DNA of 63,831 bases, filler included, from Octopus bimaculoides (taxonomy: Eukaryota): assembly GCF_001194135.2 (NCBI RefSeq). It is 6 parts of 6 records of this genome, joined end to end, with 100 filler letters (N's around TTAATTAATTAA, not from the genome) between each part and the next. Parts side by side here need not be neighbours in the genome. Positions count along the whole stretch, not along the records: positions 1 to 17,175 come from NC_069002.1; 5 more parts are not named here. One strand, 5' to 3'. The notes below the pieces were generated by a model, which was not told the origin of the DNA, did not search any database, and saw only the letters and a list, made by a program, of their open reading frames with translations. The position numbers were made by a program, and so were the translations under genes. This document shows positions 1 to 13,604 of the stretch, piece after piece; the first letter of the stretch is position 1; every line of letters starts with the position of its first letter.

Positions 1-282
1 CGTATGAGCCCTTGCAGCATCCCTTCTGCTCTTCTGGAAACAGGTTGTTATTTTCCAGGTGTTTACTCAATCTCTGCGATATTATTGCAGTAAAGGCTTT
101 GTAGATCGTAGGGAGACAGGTTATAGGTCTATAGTTTTGTGGTTTCTCCGTTTCCGTGGATTTGGGGATTAAGATGGTTTTCCCTTTTGTGAGCCATTCA
201 GGCATTGTTTCCGGATCTGCTATTATGTTGTTAAAGTTTTCTGCCAGCTTTTTATGCATTGCTGGCAGGTGTTTTAACCAGA
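1..282 (-). mobile_element. R4/Dong-clade non-LTR retrotransposon fragment (N-terminal part of RT)
   Basis: Minus strand translates as FWLKHLPAMHKKLAENFNNIIADPETMPEWLT..ILIPKSTETEKPQNYRPITCLPTIYKAFTAII..LENNNLFPEEQKGC, typical of R4-clade RT; truncated against a short TTA repeat at about 283-298. Confidence 0.75.
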
Positions 283-399
283 ATATTATTATTATTATCG
301 AGTGAGAGGGCAGTGCATGCCATCAAAATGATATACGAAGCCCATTATACCCATCATGACTACCTGTCTGCTAATGGTACACCTAGCACATGCATTGCA

Positions 400-1547
400 A
401 CCAAAACGGCGAAAATTAGTAAAAGCCAAGGGATCCAGCTGGAAAGTGGTGAAACTATGACGAAAGTCGGAGGGGAAGGATACAATTTAACTGAGTATCA
501 TTGAAAGAGATAAGATGAATAAAGACAAGATGAAAGAAATGTACAGGAAAGAATATTTGAAGAGAATTCGGCTTTTGCTCCAGTGGCCGCTACAAGATTA
601 AAACGATTAACACGTGCGCTGTTGCTTTGAGGAGATATGGGGCAGTAATACTATCTTGGAAGAAGCATGAATTACAAGTGACAGACCGGAGAACACGTAA
701 ATTAATGACACTGAACAAGGAACTACACCCCAAGAGTGATGTGTCAAGATTGTATGTAAAGAGGAAAGAAGGAGGACGAGGACTGATGTGTTGGAACGGT
801 TGTGTAACGGAAGAGGAGAGCAGCCTGGCTTGGTATATCAAGGGGAATAAAGAAGAAATGATTGAATCAGTGAAAATGCGGGGAACCTTAAAAGTGAACA
901 AAGCCGTAGATCCAATACAATTTAAGAAAGACCAGAGAGAACAGATGAAGAAAATTTGGCAGGGGAAGAATAAAGATGCGATTGATTGGAATAGAATTTG
1001 GCAATGGCTGCAGAAAGGAGTCTTAAATGGGTCCACTGAGAGATTAGCGTGCAGTCCTCAAGAACAAGCTCTCAGAACAAATTACTCCAAATATCACATT
1101 GATAAAAGCACTGACTCGACACAATGTAGGATGTGCTCTGAGAAGTATAAGCCAATATTGTTAGTGAGTGTTGCATGCTCGCTAAATGCGAATACAAAAG
1201 GAGACACGACAATGTGGTCAGGCATGTCCACTGACTGTTGTACGATAAAGCAAACCTCGAGAGAGCCGAACAATGGTATGAACACAAGCCAGAGGGAATA
1301 ATGGAAAACGAACATAACAAAATACTCTGGGACTTTAGCATGCAATGCGACCAAGTCATAGAGGCGAGACCACCAGATATCGTGCTCATCCATGAAAATG
1401 TAAAAGAAGTAAAGATAATAGATGATGCAATAAGGAGCGTATTGTCTCTTTGAGTCACAGGAGAAGGCAATACTTGAAACTTTCGGTGATTTATTGCGGC
1501 CTGCTTTCAAATAAAGAATAACCGGTAATTAAGAACAATCCGAAAGC
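400..1547 (+). mobile_element. Degenerate R4/Dong-clade LINE 3' half (RT thumb, CCHC knuckle, restriction-like endonuclease)
   Basis: ORFs 627-1301 and 1238-1453 give RLYVKRKEGGRGL, QEQALRTN..HIDKSTDSTQCRMC and WYEHKPEGIMENEHNKILWDFSMQCDQVIEARPPDIVLI..VKIID (PD..D RLE motif); frameshifted; ends directly in (TAA)n. Confidence 0.8.
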
Positions 1548-1599
1548 AATAATACTACTAATAATACTACTAATAATAGTAATAATCATAGTAATAATC

Positions 1600-1691
<92 letters not shown>

Positions 1692-1692
1692 C

Positions 1693-1746
<54 letters not shown>

Positions 1747-1755
1747 GCAATAATA
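1548..1755. repeat. (TAA)n microsatellite
   Basis: About 200 bp of near-perfect AAT repeat directly after the R4 element 3' end. Confidence 0.98.
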
Positions 1756-1772
1756 CTCCTCTTTACTATAGA

Positions 1773-1959
1773 TACAAGGCCTGAAATTTGGGTGAGGGGG
1801 CCTAGTCGATTCCATCGACCGCAGTACTTGACTGGTACTTATTTCATCGACATCATGACAGGCAAATCGACCTCGGTGGAATTTGAACTCAGAGCATAGT
1901 GGCAGATGAGATAAAGCTAAGCATTTCACCCTGCCTGCTAACGATTCTGTCAGCTCGCC
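1773..1959 (-). mobile_element. tRNA-derived SINE (abundant family in this window)
   Basis: Reverse complement begins GGCGAGCTGACAGAATCGTTAGC and carries the B-box-like GAGTTCAAATTCC; the same family recurs at 1988, 13272, 15322 and elsewhere. Confidence 0.75.
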
Positions 1960-1987
1960 ACTTTGATAATAATGATAAAAATAATAA

Positions 1988-2112
1988 GGCGAAATGGCAG
2001 AATAGCTAGCATCCGGTCAACATGTTTATTGGCATGTCATACATCCTTACGATCTCAGTTCAAATGCCACCAAGGTCGACTTTCGGGGTCGATGTCAATG
2101 AGCATCCCACCT
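1988..2112 (+). mobile_element. Diverged SINE copy, head-to-head with the previous one
   Basis: GGCGAAATGGCAGAATAGCTAGC...CAGTTCAAATGCC...GGTCGACTTT...GGGGTCGAT matches the 15322 copy. Confidence 0.6.
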
Positions 2113-4339
2113 CCTCAGAACATCTAGTAGTTTGTCAATATTTGAAACCACTATTGCTGTTGTTGTTGTTGTTGTCGTCGTCGTCGTCGTTGTTGTTTAT
2201 TCTCGTTTCATTGTCGTTGCTGATGTTCCACTTGTTCCTTTCCTTTTTACTTTGTCGTTGCTGTTTTCCAGATGCTTTGAAGACTCTTGCCTTGTTCAAA
2301 TTCTTTATAATCTCCTTGCATCATTCTTTGCGAGTGTCCAATTATCGCGTAGTAATTAATGGCAGAACATTTAAAAAAATATTTTTGAAGTTTCAGTTAC
2401 GACTCTTTAATTAAACTGCGGATGCATTTCTTTTGGAGTGGATGAATGAGGTGATTGGTTAGATATGCTTTTAATTTCTACTTGCTTTCGTAACAAATTG
2501 CCTTCCTCGTAGTGCTGAGAATTTTGAAACATTTAAGAAAATACACAGACATTTATTTCATGATTCAAAAAAAAAAAAAAAGACCTTAATTTAATCATAG
2601 CAGCACTGACATATGCTTTGCGCAGAATAAACATAATATTCCATGCAACAAATAACAACGGTAATTATAAGTACGATAGTCAATGTAATTTTTACTATGA
2701 TAAATTCACAGAAAAATTTTAGAAAATGGACGTCGCTGACTGCAATTTTATCATAGCATGGTGAAGGTAAATAGTAATGTTACGCTGTCATTAAAAACTG
2801 GTTGGATACATAACATGCTATCCTCTAAGCTGTTGCTGAACTACTGAATTACTTATTACCAAGGAATGCTTTTTTTACTACGATGGCGGGGTAGAATATT
2901 TAAGTTTCTTCTATTTCTAGATTTATATTTCGTATCACTGTACATTTTTCCATTTCTTTTATTGTAAGGTATATTATGATCTCTTCAGAGAGACTCTTCG
3001 ATAAATTGACATTTCTCTTTCAGTTGTTCCTGACAAAACAGCTACTCAATTGCCGTGATGCCGCTTTATGTGCATTGGTATCTTCAACTATATGGTTCTT
3101 TTGTCTTTGTCACAATTTCTTTCTCTTGTAAGCCTATATCTAATTTGTATTGAGATTTTCTAAAGGTAGCTCACCTCCGGTGTATGAAAGTCACAACTCT
3201 CACGTATCTATTTGTTTATATTTTCTAGGCTAATACTGCGACATCTGGTTACTTCCAGATATTCTGTAGTCACTACATGCAAGGTTATTACCAGCTGAAA
3301 TATTCTTGGGGCATATTCTACCCCAGAAGAAATCCATTTACTTTTTTATGTCATGGAGAAATTTTCTCTTGATAACCAGACCATAAGATGCAAGCATTTC
3401 GTACTAGTTATCTCCTCTTCAGTCACAGAAACCGGACAGGGTGCGCTACGAACTGATAAGTGAGATTGCCTCTCTTATGATATGTTTGTCATCGTACAAT
3501 GGCTGGTAGCGACGCCTCAACATTTGACAACGGTGAGAAAATTTTCTCCATCACAAAACATAGTGAATGATGTTTTTACGGGTTCGAATATGTCGCAGGC
3601 ATATTTGAACGGGTAATGACCTTGTATTCTTACACATCTTGCTTAGCACCGCTCCCCACCCCGTAATTTGCTTGCAATGACACGCCGATCATCACTACTC
3701 GTCATTGTACGCTGACGGCAAGATCACGAGAGACAGTCTCTCTTATTAGCTCGTAGCACACTCTGTCCGGATTCTGTGAGTGAAGAGTAGATAACCACTC
3801 CAGAATGCTTGGATCTTCCATTCTGAGTAGGTGCTTTTACACCCTTTCTCTACAGCAAGAAATATTCTCCATTGCAAAAGACAATGAATGCTATACTTAC
3901 GGGTTCGAATAATCACCAAGCATATTTGAACTGGTAGAAATCTTGTGTTTATACACATCACTGCTAAGCGCTGCCATCCCGCAAGCTGTAGTTACTCTTA
4001 ATTGCTGTATTTTACTTCATTTTAATTTTCGGGTGGTTTTCATGTTTCATGACAACGAAGAATCCTTCAGTCGCTGCCATTGAAGCTTGTATCAAGTCTT
4101 ATTATTCTTCCTTGACTGCTTTTATGCTGTTCAGTCATATTTACAAGTGCTGCCTATGTAGGAGCGTTTGTTGCCATTATTTTATGAAGGTGTTCTCTAA
4201 GCAGAATTTTACACCAGACCTCATCATTTTTGCAAATGCTTGTTCATAAATACCTGGCGTTTAGTGTTTAGTTTTGTAAGGGTTCACTTACTTGAAGACA
4301 AAACTAGTTTACTTTCTAATTCTGTCAATTTTTTGAATA

Positions 4340-4470
4340 TGTGTGTTTGTGTGTGTGTGTGTGGGTGTGTGTGTGTGTGTGTGTGTATGCGTGCGTGTGT
4401 ATGTGTGTGTGTGCGTGTGTGTGTGCATGTGTGTATGTGCGTGTGTATGTGTGTACGCATGTGTTTTAGT
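4340..4470. repeat. (TG)n compound microsatellite
   Basis: Visible TG/TGTA repeat. Confidence 0.95.
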
Positions 4471-4619
4471 GTGTGAATTTTTTAGTTTTTCATGATTTAT
4501 GGGAGGAAGCATTTTCGCCCAACAGTATACATTCTAAAAAGACATTTTCTTTATTGACATAATTCCTACATAGCTCTCTATTTAGGACGAATATAATATT
4601 TCTATGTCCAGTTATTATT

Positions 4620-4946
4620 GTCTTTGCACAGCTTCTAACGCTGGAGACGTACTACGGTGTCAGCTGTTCACTACCAGTGAACTGAGGTAACACCTCTTAT
4701 TTTTCGAGCACCTTCCGGAGTATTCACACGGTTCCAAGCAGTATTGTTTTCTACAAGTGCTCCACCCTTATTGCAAACTCTATTTGTACTTCTCAAGATT
4801 TTTACTCACTGTTCCCGGGGCTCCGACAATTATTGGTATTACTACCTCCATTTTCATCGTCCGCAAATGCTTAACCTCCCAAGCTAACCTGTCATATCTA
4901 TCGACTTTTCTTTCTTCCTTATTGCATACCATGCTGACAGTTGGAC
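4620..4946 (-). mobile_element. 5'-truncated R4/Dong 3' end
   Basis: Minus strand reads KEERKVDRYDRLAWEVKHLRTMKMEVVIPIIVGAPGTVSKNLEK, then a 3' UTR; flanked by TTA repeats at 4612-4619 and 4947-4958. Confidence 0.7.
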
Positions 4947-5233
4947 ATTATTATTATTGATGCTGCTTTTCTAAATCTATCAGAGAGACTTATACAGTAG
5001 CAGAACGATAAAGTGATGGTATGTTGCCAACTTAATGCGTCAGTCCCAGGAAAGGGAAGAATGCTACTGCCATTTAACTCTAAGAAGCATCATTTCCAGT
5101 TGACTACGTGACACAAGCGTTCTGTGTCCTTAAGTTATCAAATAGGGGAGATAAGCAACTCCACCCAGCAAAGCCAGCATCCAAAGAGTAGTTACAGGGT
5201 AGTTTCCCTTCATCAGTTTGGAGTGGCTTCTGT

Positions 5234-5301
5234 TTCTTCTTCTTCTTCTTCTTCTTCTTCTTCTTCTTCTTCTTCTTCTTCTTCTTCTTCTTCTTCTTCT
5301 T

Positions 5302-5381
<80 letters not shown>
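5234..5381. repeat. Compound (TCT)n(TAT)n microsatellite
   Basis: TCT run to 5330 followed by TAT run to 5381. Confidence 0.98.
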
Positions 5382-8296
5382 CAAATCTTGCTTATTCTTT
5401 TAGCGTCCTACTGTGAATATTATTATTGTAACGCTTTAGTGAGAGGATAGAGTGTTGATAGGTGTAATTAGTTTCCATTGCAAGGAGAAGGTCTTATGGT
5501 GAGACAGCAAAAATAATTGAATACTCTTCAACGATTGAGTGTAAAACGGACAAGAGCGCAGTTGAAATGTTCGTAAGGAGAAACCATACATTGTAGTCAA
5601 GAAATTCTCCCGGAGAATATGACGAGAAGAACAGTGGCATGATGTATCATGTCGCGTTAGAGCCGCCAAGTCGAAAAGACGCTCATGAAGAGTTGGGAAT
5701 GTGTCTGAAAGGAATACGGTAGATTTACACCGTTTTGTCTTCGTTAATAAATGTGAAAATACGAAAGTGATATTACTCTGGGAGATCACAAGTGCTACAC
5801 AGTCTCGCCGCTGAAACATTTCCGCCAGTCCACTCACGTTAAACGTATCATATCCAAAAGGGAACTTTTCAATAATATAAGATAAATATCACTTTCTCAC
5901 TGAAGACCCGCGTATTTCGTGTTAGAGTTTTCCGTCGCCGCTTATATCTTTCAAGGTTAATCCTTGTGTTATTTTATTGCAAATAAGGTGAACTTTAGAG
6001 TGCGATAATGGCACAGAGTGTTTCCTGGTCCCGTCTTCAGTTTTAGAACTACAATTATAAATGTCACTGTTTGAGAGATTAGTACCGTAAAAAATGAGTT
6101 ATTTTCGTTTTTCACAGCTCATGAGCATGACTGGGGGCGATACGATCAATGAATATTTAAGAGGGAATATGCGGTACGGATAGGTAGAGTAACAACTCCA
6201 AACATTTCGCGGGATAATAGATATCTACAACCCAGCATCGTCAGAAGAAGCGAGGCATTAAGAGAAGACTGCGTGAATCGATACCAATAAGAGAAGGAAG
6301 ATTAAGAATGATTGTAAAAAATATGTCCAATGACTAATTATAATTTTTCACCAATCAGTTGAATCATTTTCATTTTCTTTCCGTTTTAGTTATACGTAAA
6401 TCGGCTTTCAGAATACATTTTGCCACTTCAAATATCATTTGGAACATTACACAAGAGTAAATAAATGTGATAGCATAACAACTGCCATTTATATTGTATA
6501 ATAACAGCCCAGCAATTCATAACAGTGTCTTAGTCAATTGATTTTAAATGTTTGTTATGGTTTCCAGGTGAAGTGAGTGCAGTAATTTTGAGTAAGAATC
6601 ACTAAACAGCACAGGACACACTTTTACACAAATAAGTACGAATTGACCTGCACTACCCCATATTTATGTATCAGAATGCAAAGTAGCATCCGCACATACG
6701 TCCTTGATGTTGAAGATACCCATCAACAGCCGCCACCCATCTTCCCATAATTATTTCTTTAGAGAAAATTGCACGGCAAAGAGTCATGCCTGTTTTCTTT
6801 ACTACATATACTATCTTACAACAATTTACGCTTGTTATTAACAGTATTTTGCCTCCACACGCTAGATGTGCTTATGTGTGTTTCATTCTGCAGGAAAAAT
6901 CAGAATAGACATTTCCTTTAGCAGCAAGTGTAGCTGGATAAGTTGTAAGTTTAAGTGATAAACATTCCTAGGAGTGTAACAAAATGTAACTGCAGGTGTG
7001 CGCACGCGTGCATATGTATGTATATACATACGTACATAGATACATACATATATACTTATTTAATTACATATATACTTATTTAATTACATATATACATATA
7101 TATTTCACTACACAAATGACAATTCCTCGTCAGCTGTTTTCCCAGTACCATATATAAAAGCAAAGCAATTTTTATAAAATTATTTTAACAATGTAACATT
7201 TTTGTATAAAAAACATTCTACCGACCAGATTCTAATGATTCTATTAAATAAGTAATAGAATGTTTAGTAAAGGTTAGTGGATGCTGACTAGAGCATTGCA
7301 AATCTTTATTATAAGAAAAAGGTTTTCAACATAGTATAGTATAAAGTGACAAAACCCAGAACAGCTACAATAAACAACCATTTAAATTTCAAATGAGAAA
7401 AAGTGTATTGCTCCGGGAAACTAGTCGATGGTACATCAGATTGCATTATGTTTCGAATGCCTTTTGTATCAAAAAGCAAATGACGGAAATATAAGCAAGC
7501 GGTAACAGAACAGGAAAACTGCTTATACTAGTGCTGCTTATTAAACATCAGTTCGAGGAGATATTACGTCAATTGAAATGCCAAAATTCTACGCTATTGA
7601 AATAGAAGCTAAACTTTTTTCCATTGAAAACTATTAAAAATCAATATACCATTTATATCTTATGTCTACCAACATTCATTAAATCTGGGAAATCAAGTCT
7701 TTTTCATATACTTTATCCGAACTATGAGAGTATGTTTGTGTGTGTATTATTATAAGCAACCGATTCGTAGGATAATGCCGTATCATCCTCAAACCGTTCT
7801 GGGGTTTAATATACCGTGCCATAACTGCTGCTTGTTGTTGATCACGTGGAACACGCGCTGTACATGAAGAAATGAAAGCGACATTTTGTAAAGATATTTT
7901 CTGTTATCTCGAAGGTTATACTTTGAAGGATATTTCATTATATGGTCTTAGATATTGCCTGCCTTTCAAGATGCTATGTTTTCGCACTTGCTTAAGCCTA
8001 ACTGGCAAAGTAAATATCTACTGAGCCCAACAATTCTATAACCAGGATCACATGATCTAATAGAGAATAGTTAAGTTTAAAAAGATAAGATTTTAATGGA
8101 TTTTACTTATCACGTTGAGTCATCGAAAAATGTATGACGTAACTGTAAACATCTGAATTTTCTCTCCAAATATCCATGCGTGTAGTTAGCATTTGCCTCA
8201 TCGTTGCTTTGTTCATGTTTCTATGTTAAACGTCTGCGCACAAGTGCATATTTCTATCTACTTATCTGTTTATGTACCTATTTATTTATCTATCTA

Positions 8297-8340
<44 letters not shown>

Positions 8341-8889
8341 TCTACCTATCTATCTATCTATCTACTTATCTATCTGACTATGAATTTGCCAATGCTGATA
8401 TCAACGCCGCTGTTATTATCAACGTTACATTGATGTGTACATGCTTCGTCAATTACTTTATATGGATTATTATTTGTCAACATTGTTGGTCTCTGTTCAG
8501 TCATCGAAATCAGAAATAATGGCATTGATAAATTGGTTTGAAATAAGAAGCCGAGCGTGTGGGAATGGATATCATATTGAAAGTATGCTTAAATAAAATT
8601 TCCAAATCCGATCATAATTACTAAATACATCATGTGCAGACAATTCTTTTTGCAACTTGTGGTGTGGATGCAAATGCGTCAAGAAACTAAAGATGATATG
8701 GATAAAGTGTCAACAAACAGAAAAGATAAAGGAAGAAGAAAGCATTGCAATTACAGAAAAAGATTATCACAAAATATACAAGAGCGCAGAGAGCGCAAAC
8801 TTCCGTCAAGGCAACACGAATGTCCTCTCAACAATTAGCCAGAGAGGATTTTTAAAATGTGAATATCTGAAATAAACTCGACTTCTCTC

Positions 8890-9146
8890 ACAAACGAGAA
8901 TACTAAAAATGAATCCAACTGCTCTCAAAAATTAAGTAAAATAACATGAAAAACAATCCAGAATCCTTGTCTGGTACCCGATCAGTCCCAAAATCTAATC
9001 ACTTCGTGCCAGTCACGTGGCCAAAGATCCCTGAAAGTTTCATTCTAATCCATCCAGCGGTTCTTGGGATATCTTGTCCAAGGACAAACAAGCAAACAAA
9101 TGCGACTGAGAATAAAACATCCGCCTTCACTAAGGTGGAGGTAATA
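8890..9146 (+). mobile_element. Possible non-autonomous Helitron/Helentron-like (DINE/HINE-type) short element
   Basis: Internal (ACAA)n tract and a terminal hairpin CCGCCTTCACTAAGGTGG followed by AGGTAAT; assignment by architecture only. Confidence 0.4.
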
Positions 9147-9248
9147 AACCTTTCAATTTTTAAGATTTTGTATGTTTTATAACTTTCAAATTTCCTACGA
9201 GAGTTTTCGGGAGATATTTTCGTCGACACACTGTATTTTTTTTACATA

Positions 9249-9936
9249 TAGAGTGTTTCAAACAATTTGAAATCATTTAAGATGTAAATATCACAGAAAC
9301 TACAAAGGCAGAGCAAATGAAACTAAACAGGCGTAATGTTGAGCAACATAAAATTTATTCGTCCAAATTTGAATGAGAAATTCAAAGGTAAGTTGATTCC
9401 ATGAATGATTTCATCTACCGTTATGGCCTGAAGGAGCTGCAGCCAGCTTGTAGGGTTTCATTAGCAAGCGTTTCCTCAAGATGCGCCTAACTGTCGTTGG
9501 AGGAATCTGGGTTTCCAGACTTGTTCTTCTTATGGACTTCTTGGGGCTTCGCAAGAGTTTTTGGCGAACCCGCTCGACCGTCTCTTCCGATTTTACTGGT
9601 CGTTCAGATTCTTTTGCCCTGCACAGATAGCCTTCTTCTGAATGTTTCATGCCCTATCCAAATCTACATTGCCGTTGGTGACATTTTAGAGAACTCTCTC
9701 TCAAATGCACGCTGCACAGACTTGTTCGACTGTGTTCGCGCATACTCCGACACACAAAACGCCTTTCCTCTTCCAGTGAATGCCATTTCTATACCCGGAA
9801 AGATAACCATATCAAACATTAAGCATACAATTTTTATCTGTTTCTACAGATGGTGCTAAAACGTAAAGTAATTTGAACAAGAACTGGCAAAGTTATTAGA
9901 TTACGAAATGATATCAATTTCTTTGGAAACACCCTA
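9249..9936 (-). mobile_element. Internally deleted Tc1/mariner-superfamily DNA transposon with TIRs and TA TSD
   Basis: Left end TA-TAGAGTGTTTCAAACAATTTGAAATCATTT and right end AAATGATATCAATTTCTTTGGAAACACCCTA-TA are imperfect inverted repeats; minus-strand remnant AFCVSEYARTQSNKSVQRAF..EETVERVRQKLLRSPKKSIRRTSLETQIPPTTVRRILRKRLLMKPYKL is a transposase N-terminal HTH region. Confidence 0.8.
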
Positions 9937-12900
9937 TAAATACCCTCTCTCCGTTCCCTTTGTACTTTTCTACCACATTATATTCAATACAGTTCGGCTG
10001 ATCTCTTTTCGTAGCAATACTTCAAGTCATGCTCTTTTGTTGCTACATGGACTGAAGAATCGCCGTACCAATATATAGATGTCCCGGAACGTTAACTCTA
10101 AGCTTATTGCCTTCATATGGGTATATTCGTTGCTTATTCTTGCCTTAAATGTTCAACAAGCTATCACACACACATACACATACGTATGCATACACACACA
10201 CACACACATACATAAAACACAGACATGCTCAGACACACTCACACGCTCACGTGTGTAAGCAGCTCGTTGGCAAATTGCTTTGCAGTAAACAATTTGTATC
10301 GAGGCTGTAGGTTCATATTTGCCTTTCAACTTTTCAGATTACAGATAAATTATCAGTCTCGTGCCGAACTTTTTCTTCTTTTCTCTAAGTCTTTCGATTT
10401 TTGCTTGACACACCTCATTATCTTTTCCAAGAAATTGACTTCGGTCAGACATGGAACGAGAGATGAACGCCTTCAAGTCTATAAATGTCCAAAACTTTTC
10501 ATATCACATAGCGAAGACGACTGAATTCATTACAGTGTTGATCCCTTTGTATCGCAAATATATAAGTGCATATACGCATACAGGTGTAATATGTATATAC
10601 GTTTTTGCAAGGCGTTTCGTAATAGGTCATTTTCATGGACATAAATGCAATATCAGAGAAATAAAATCAGGTATATTCTTATGATTTATCCTCTAATGCA
10701 GGCTGGCGTATTAATTGAGCTTCGACGTATGTGTACATTGCAATCCAATTATCAATTCAAGATGTCATTAAACTTTAAATTGAGCATACCAAACGCAGTT
10801 GGAACTTTAAAAGGTTTCATCGTCTAATTAAATCAATTTAAAATGTGACAATAGAAATACCAAAGCATGGTAGATAGTTAATGAAGTATTACAAATGTTA
10901 TGCAACTGTCATTGTAGCAGCATTTAAAATTAATTTATAAACGTAAATATCATTATATAATGCATACTTACAATCTCTGTCTAAATGTTACAAGCTTTGT
11001 CTAAAAACCACACCACAAGCTCGATGTTTAGGTGAATGATGGATTGTTAAACAATATACTTCGCAAATAGAATTCGATGTAGTGAAACGGCGACCAGGAA
11101 CGTAAATAAGTATAACAGATATATAATTGAAGGTAAGAGAAAAAGTTTGAAATGGTGTCAATAATTATATTTCTCACATCTCACATGTAACATGTAGCGC
11201 TGTACTGGGGGCGATTTCATACCTAGAAATATCTGTCAATAATTCTAGGGCTCTAAAATTAATTAGATCATTAAGTATGTCGGTTTCTGCAGCCAGGTTC
11301 TTGCATAGAAGAAGTAAACATATCAAAATGTGTAAGTGATGGTGATACGCGAAATGAGTTGTTCGCTTTCAGGAAAAGATAATAAACTAACACGAAAAAT
11401 GCACATACACAAGCTAGTAGGAATCTAAAGATGATATGAACCCGATAAGCATGATGAAGTTATTAATCCTGTTTACAAGTTGGACAAATACTCGTATATC
11501 TCATGAATATAACACAAACAAAACTACCACTCGGCAGAGTATGTGGTATTAATGGTAAAGGTCTAACAACCGTATGGCAGGGTTTTAGTACCAAGACCCC
11601 GTAAAGCGTTTCCTTTCTTTCTTGTTGAGTACAGAAATCCATCGTGGGCTGCTCTAGCCCCTTCTCAACCCATCGGCTAATGTGTACGACAATGAGATTG
11701 GAATTAACGTGGGACAGGCAGTCGCTTTTTCAAGGAGACAGGGATTATTCTTACTCTAGGTCGTTTATACGCAATGGAAACTATCATACATGCACACTAA
11801 CATAATTACATACATACATGCACACTCAATCGCAAGCGTTCGAACGCTTGTGTTTCTTTATGTGTGTGCGTTAGTTTGTTTGCATGTCTGTTTGTGTGTG
11901 TAATTATGTGTGTGTGCGTGCGTGCGGGTGGGAGTGTGTGAGCGTGTGCACGTGTGTAGATAGGTAAATTATTGCTCACTAAATGTGCCGATAACTATGC
12001 TAAATAATTTAATCCGATCAGAAATAGAACTGTAAGGCGTAGTTGATTAGCGATATTATGACTCACTGGTTGCATTTCGTTACTTTCAAGTTCAGCTCAA
12101 GAATCTTAATATTTATAGATAGCAAGAAAATCTCTTTCAAATTATAACCAGCTCTGAATAACGAACGATTTGATTGATCCAAGTTTGGTACAGTTTTGAA
12201 TAGGAAAATAAGAAGAAAAGACGGAGGAGTTGACGTTACGCAGCCTCTGTTTATAGTCTTACAATCAGGACATATTCGTGTTATCATATGGCCGCCTGTT
12301 TCAATGAAATCCCATACGGTAGTTTCCATTTACTTCTATTTCTGTCCTTCTTCTCTTTCTATTCTGGATCTATCCATCTATCTATCTATCTATCTATATA
12401 TATATATATATANNNNNNNNNNNNNNNNNNNNNNNNNNNNNNNNNNNNNNNNNNNNNNNNNNNNNNNNNNNNNNNNNNNNNNNNNNNNNNNNNNNNNNNN
12501 NNNNNNNNNNNNNNNNNNNNNNNNNNNNNNNNNNNNNNNNNNNNNNNNNNNNNNNNNNNNNNNNNNNNNNNNNNNNNNNNNNNNNNNNNNNNNNNNNNNN
12601 NNNNNNNNNNNNNNNNNNNNNNNNNNNNNNNNNNNNAGCAGAAAATAAGTTCATTTCCCCTGTAGGAAGAACGTTAAATAAATTAACAACCCAGATGTGG
12701 TTAATCTAGGATCTAGGTTTCGAACTTTCCAAATTACGTTTGTTAACGTAAATTTGATTAGTTCTCCTCGGCTAGATTCACCTAGACAAAATCTCAGATG
12801 TTGCTACATCAGTGCCAATATACTCGTCTGAACGCCTGGCCGTAAACAGACCGAGAATAGGGGAAAAGTTTTCAAAGAAAAACTTATTAAATAATGCAAT

Positions 12901-13271
12901 ACAGTAGTAGTGCATCCCAGGAAAACAAAGCACCATCAGGTTAAAGTATGAATATAAAATAGTGGTCCGACAATGCAACAATATTTACATTTACTGGAAA
13001 TAGCAGTCGATAATATACGACGCTATGGTAAAGCTTCACTATATATATATATATATATATATATACATACTACAAAGGTGTTTGCCTACGGCGAACATGA
13101 AAAATTTCATCTTACCTGTAGTAAGAGCGTTAAATAAATGTACAACCCAGATGTCGATAATGTAGGACCTAGATGTCGAACTTTCCAAATTACGTTTAGA
13201 GTTAATTCCTCACTTTTACGAAGTCATATTTGCCTGCGCTTACATGACATATATCTTATTTCTTTATTGTC

Positions 13272-13494
13272 CACAAGAGGCGGGGGGGGGTCTAAACATA
13301 GAGCGGACAAACAAGGACAGACAAAGGGATTAAGTCGATTACATCGACCCGAGTGCATAACTGGTACTTAATTTATCGACCTCGAAAGGATGAAAGGCAA
13401 TGTCGACATCGGCGGAATTTGAACTCAGAACGTAACGGCAGACGAAATACCGCTAAGTATTTTGCCCGGCGTGCTAACGTATCTGCCAGCTCAC
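13272..13494 (-). mobile_element. tRNA-derived SINE
   Basis: Contains CATCGACCCGAGTGCATAACTGGTACTTAATTTATCGAC...GGCGGAATTTGAACTCAGAACG, the reverse complement of the 15322 family. Confidence 0.8.
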
Positions 13495-13604
13495 ATGACA
13501 TATCTGAAATTATATCTATATCTATATATCCTACATGTATATGTGTGCATATATGTATATATATATTTCTCGGTCCTTGAACCCTAACTCGAACGAAGCT
13601 TACG

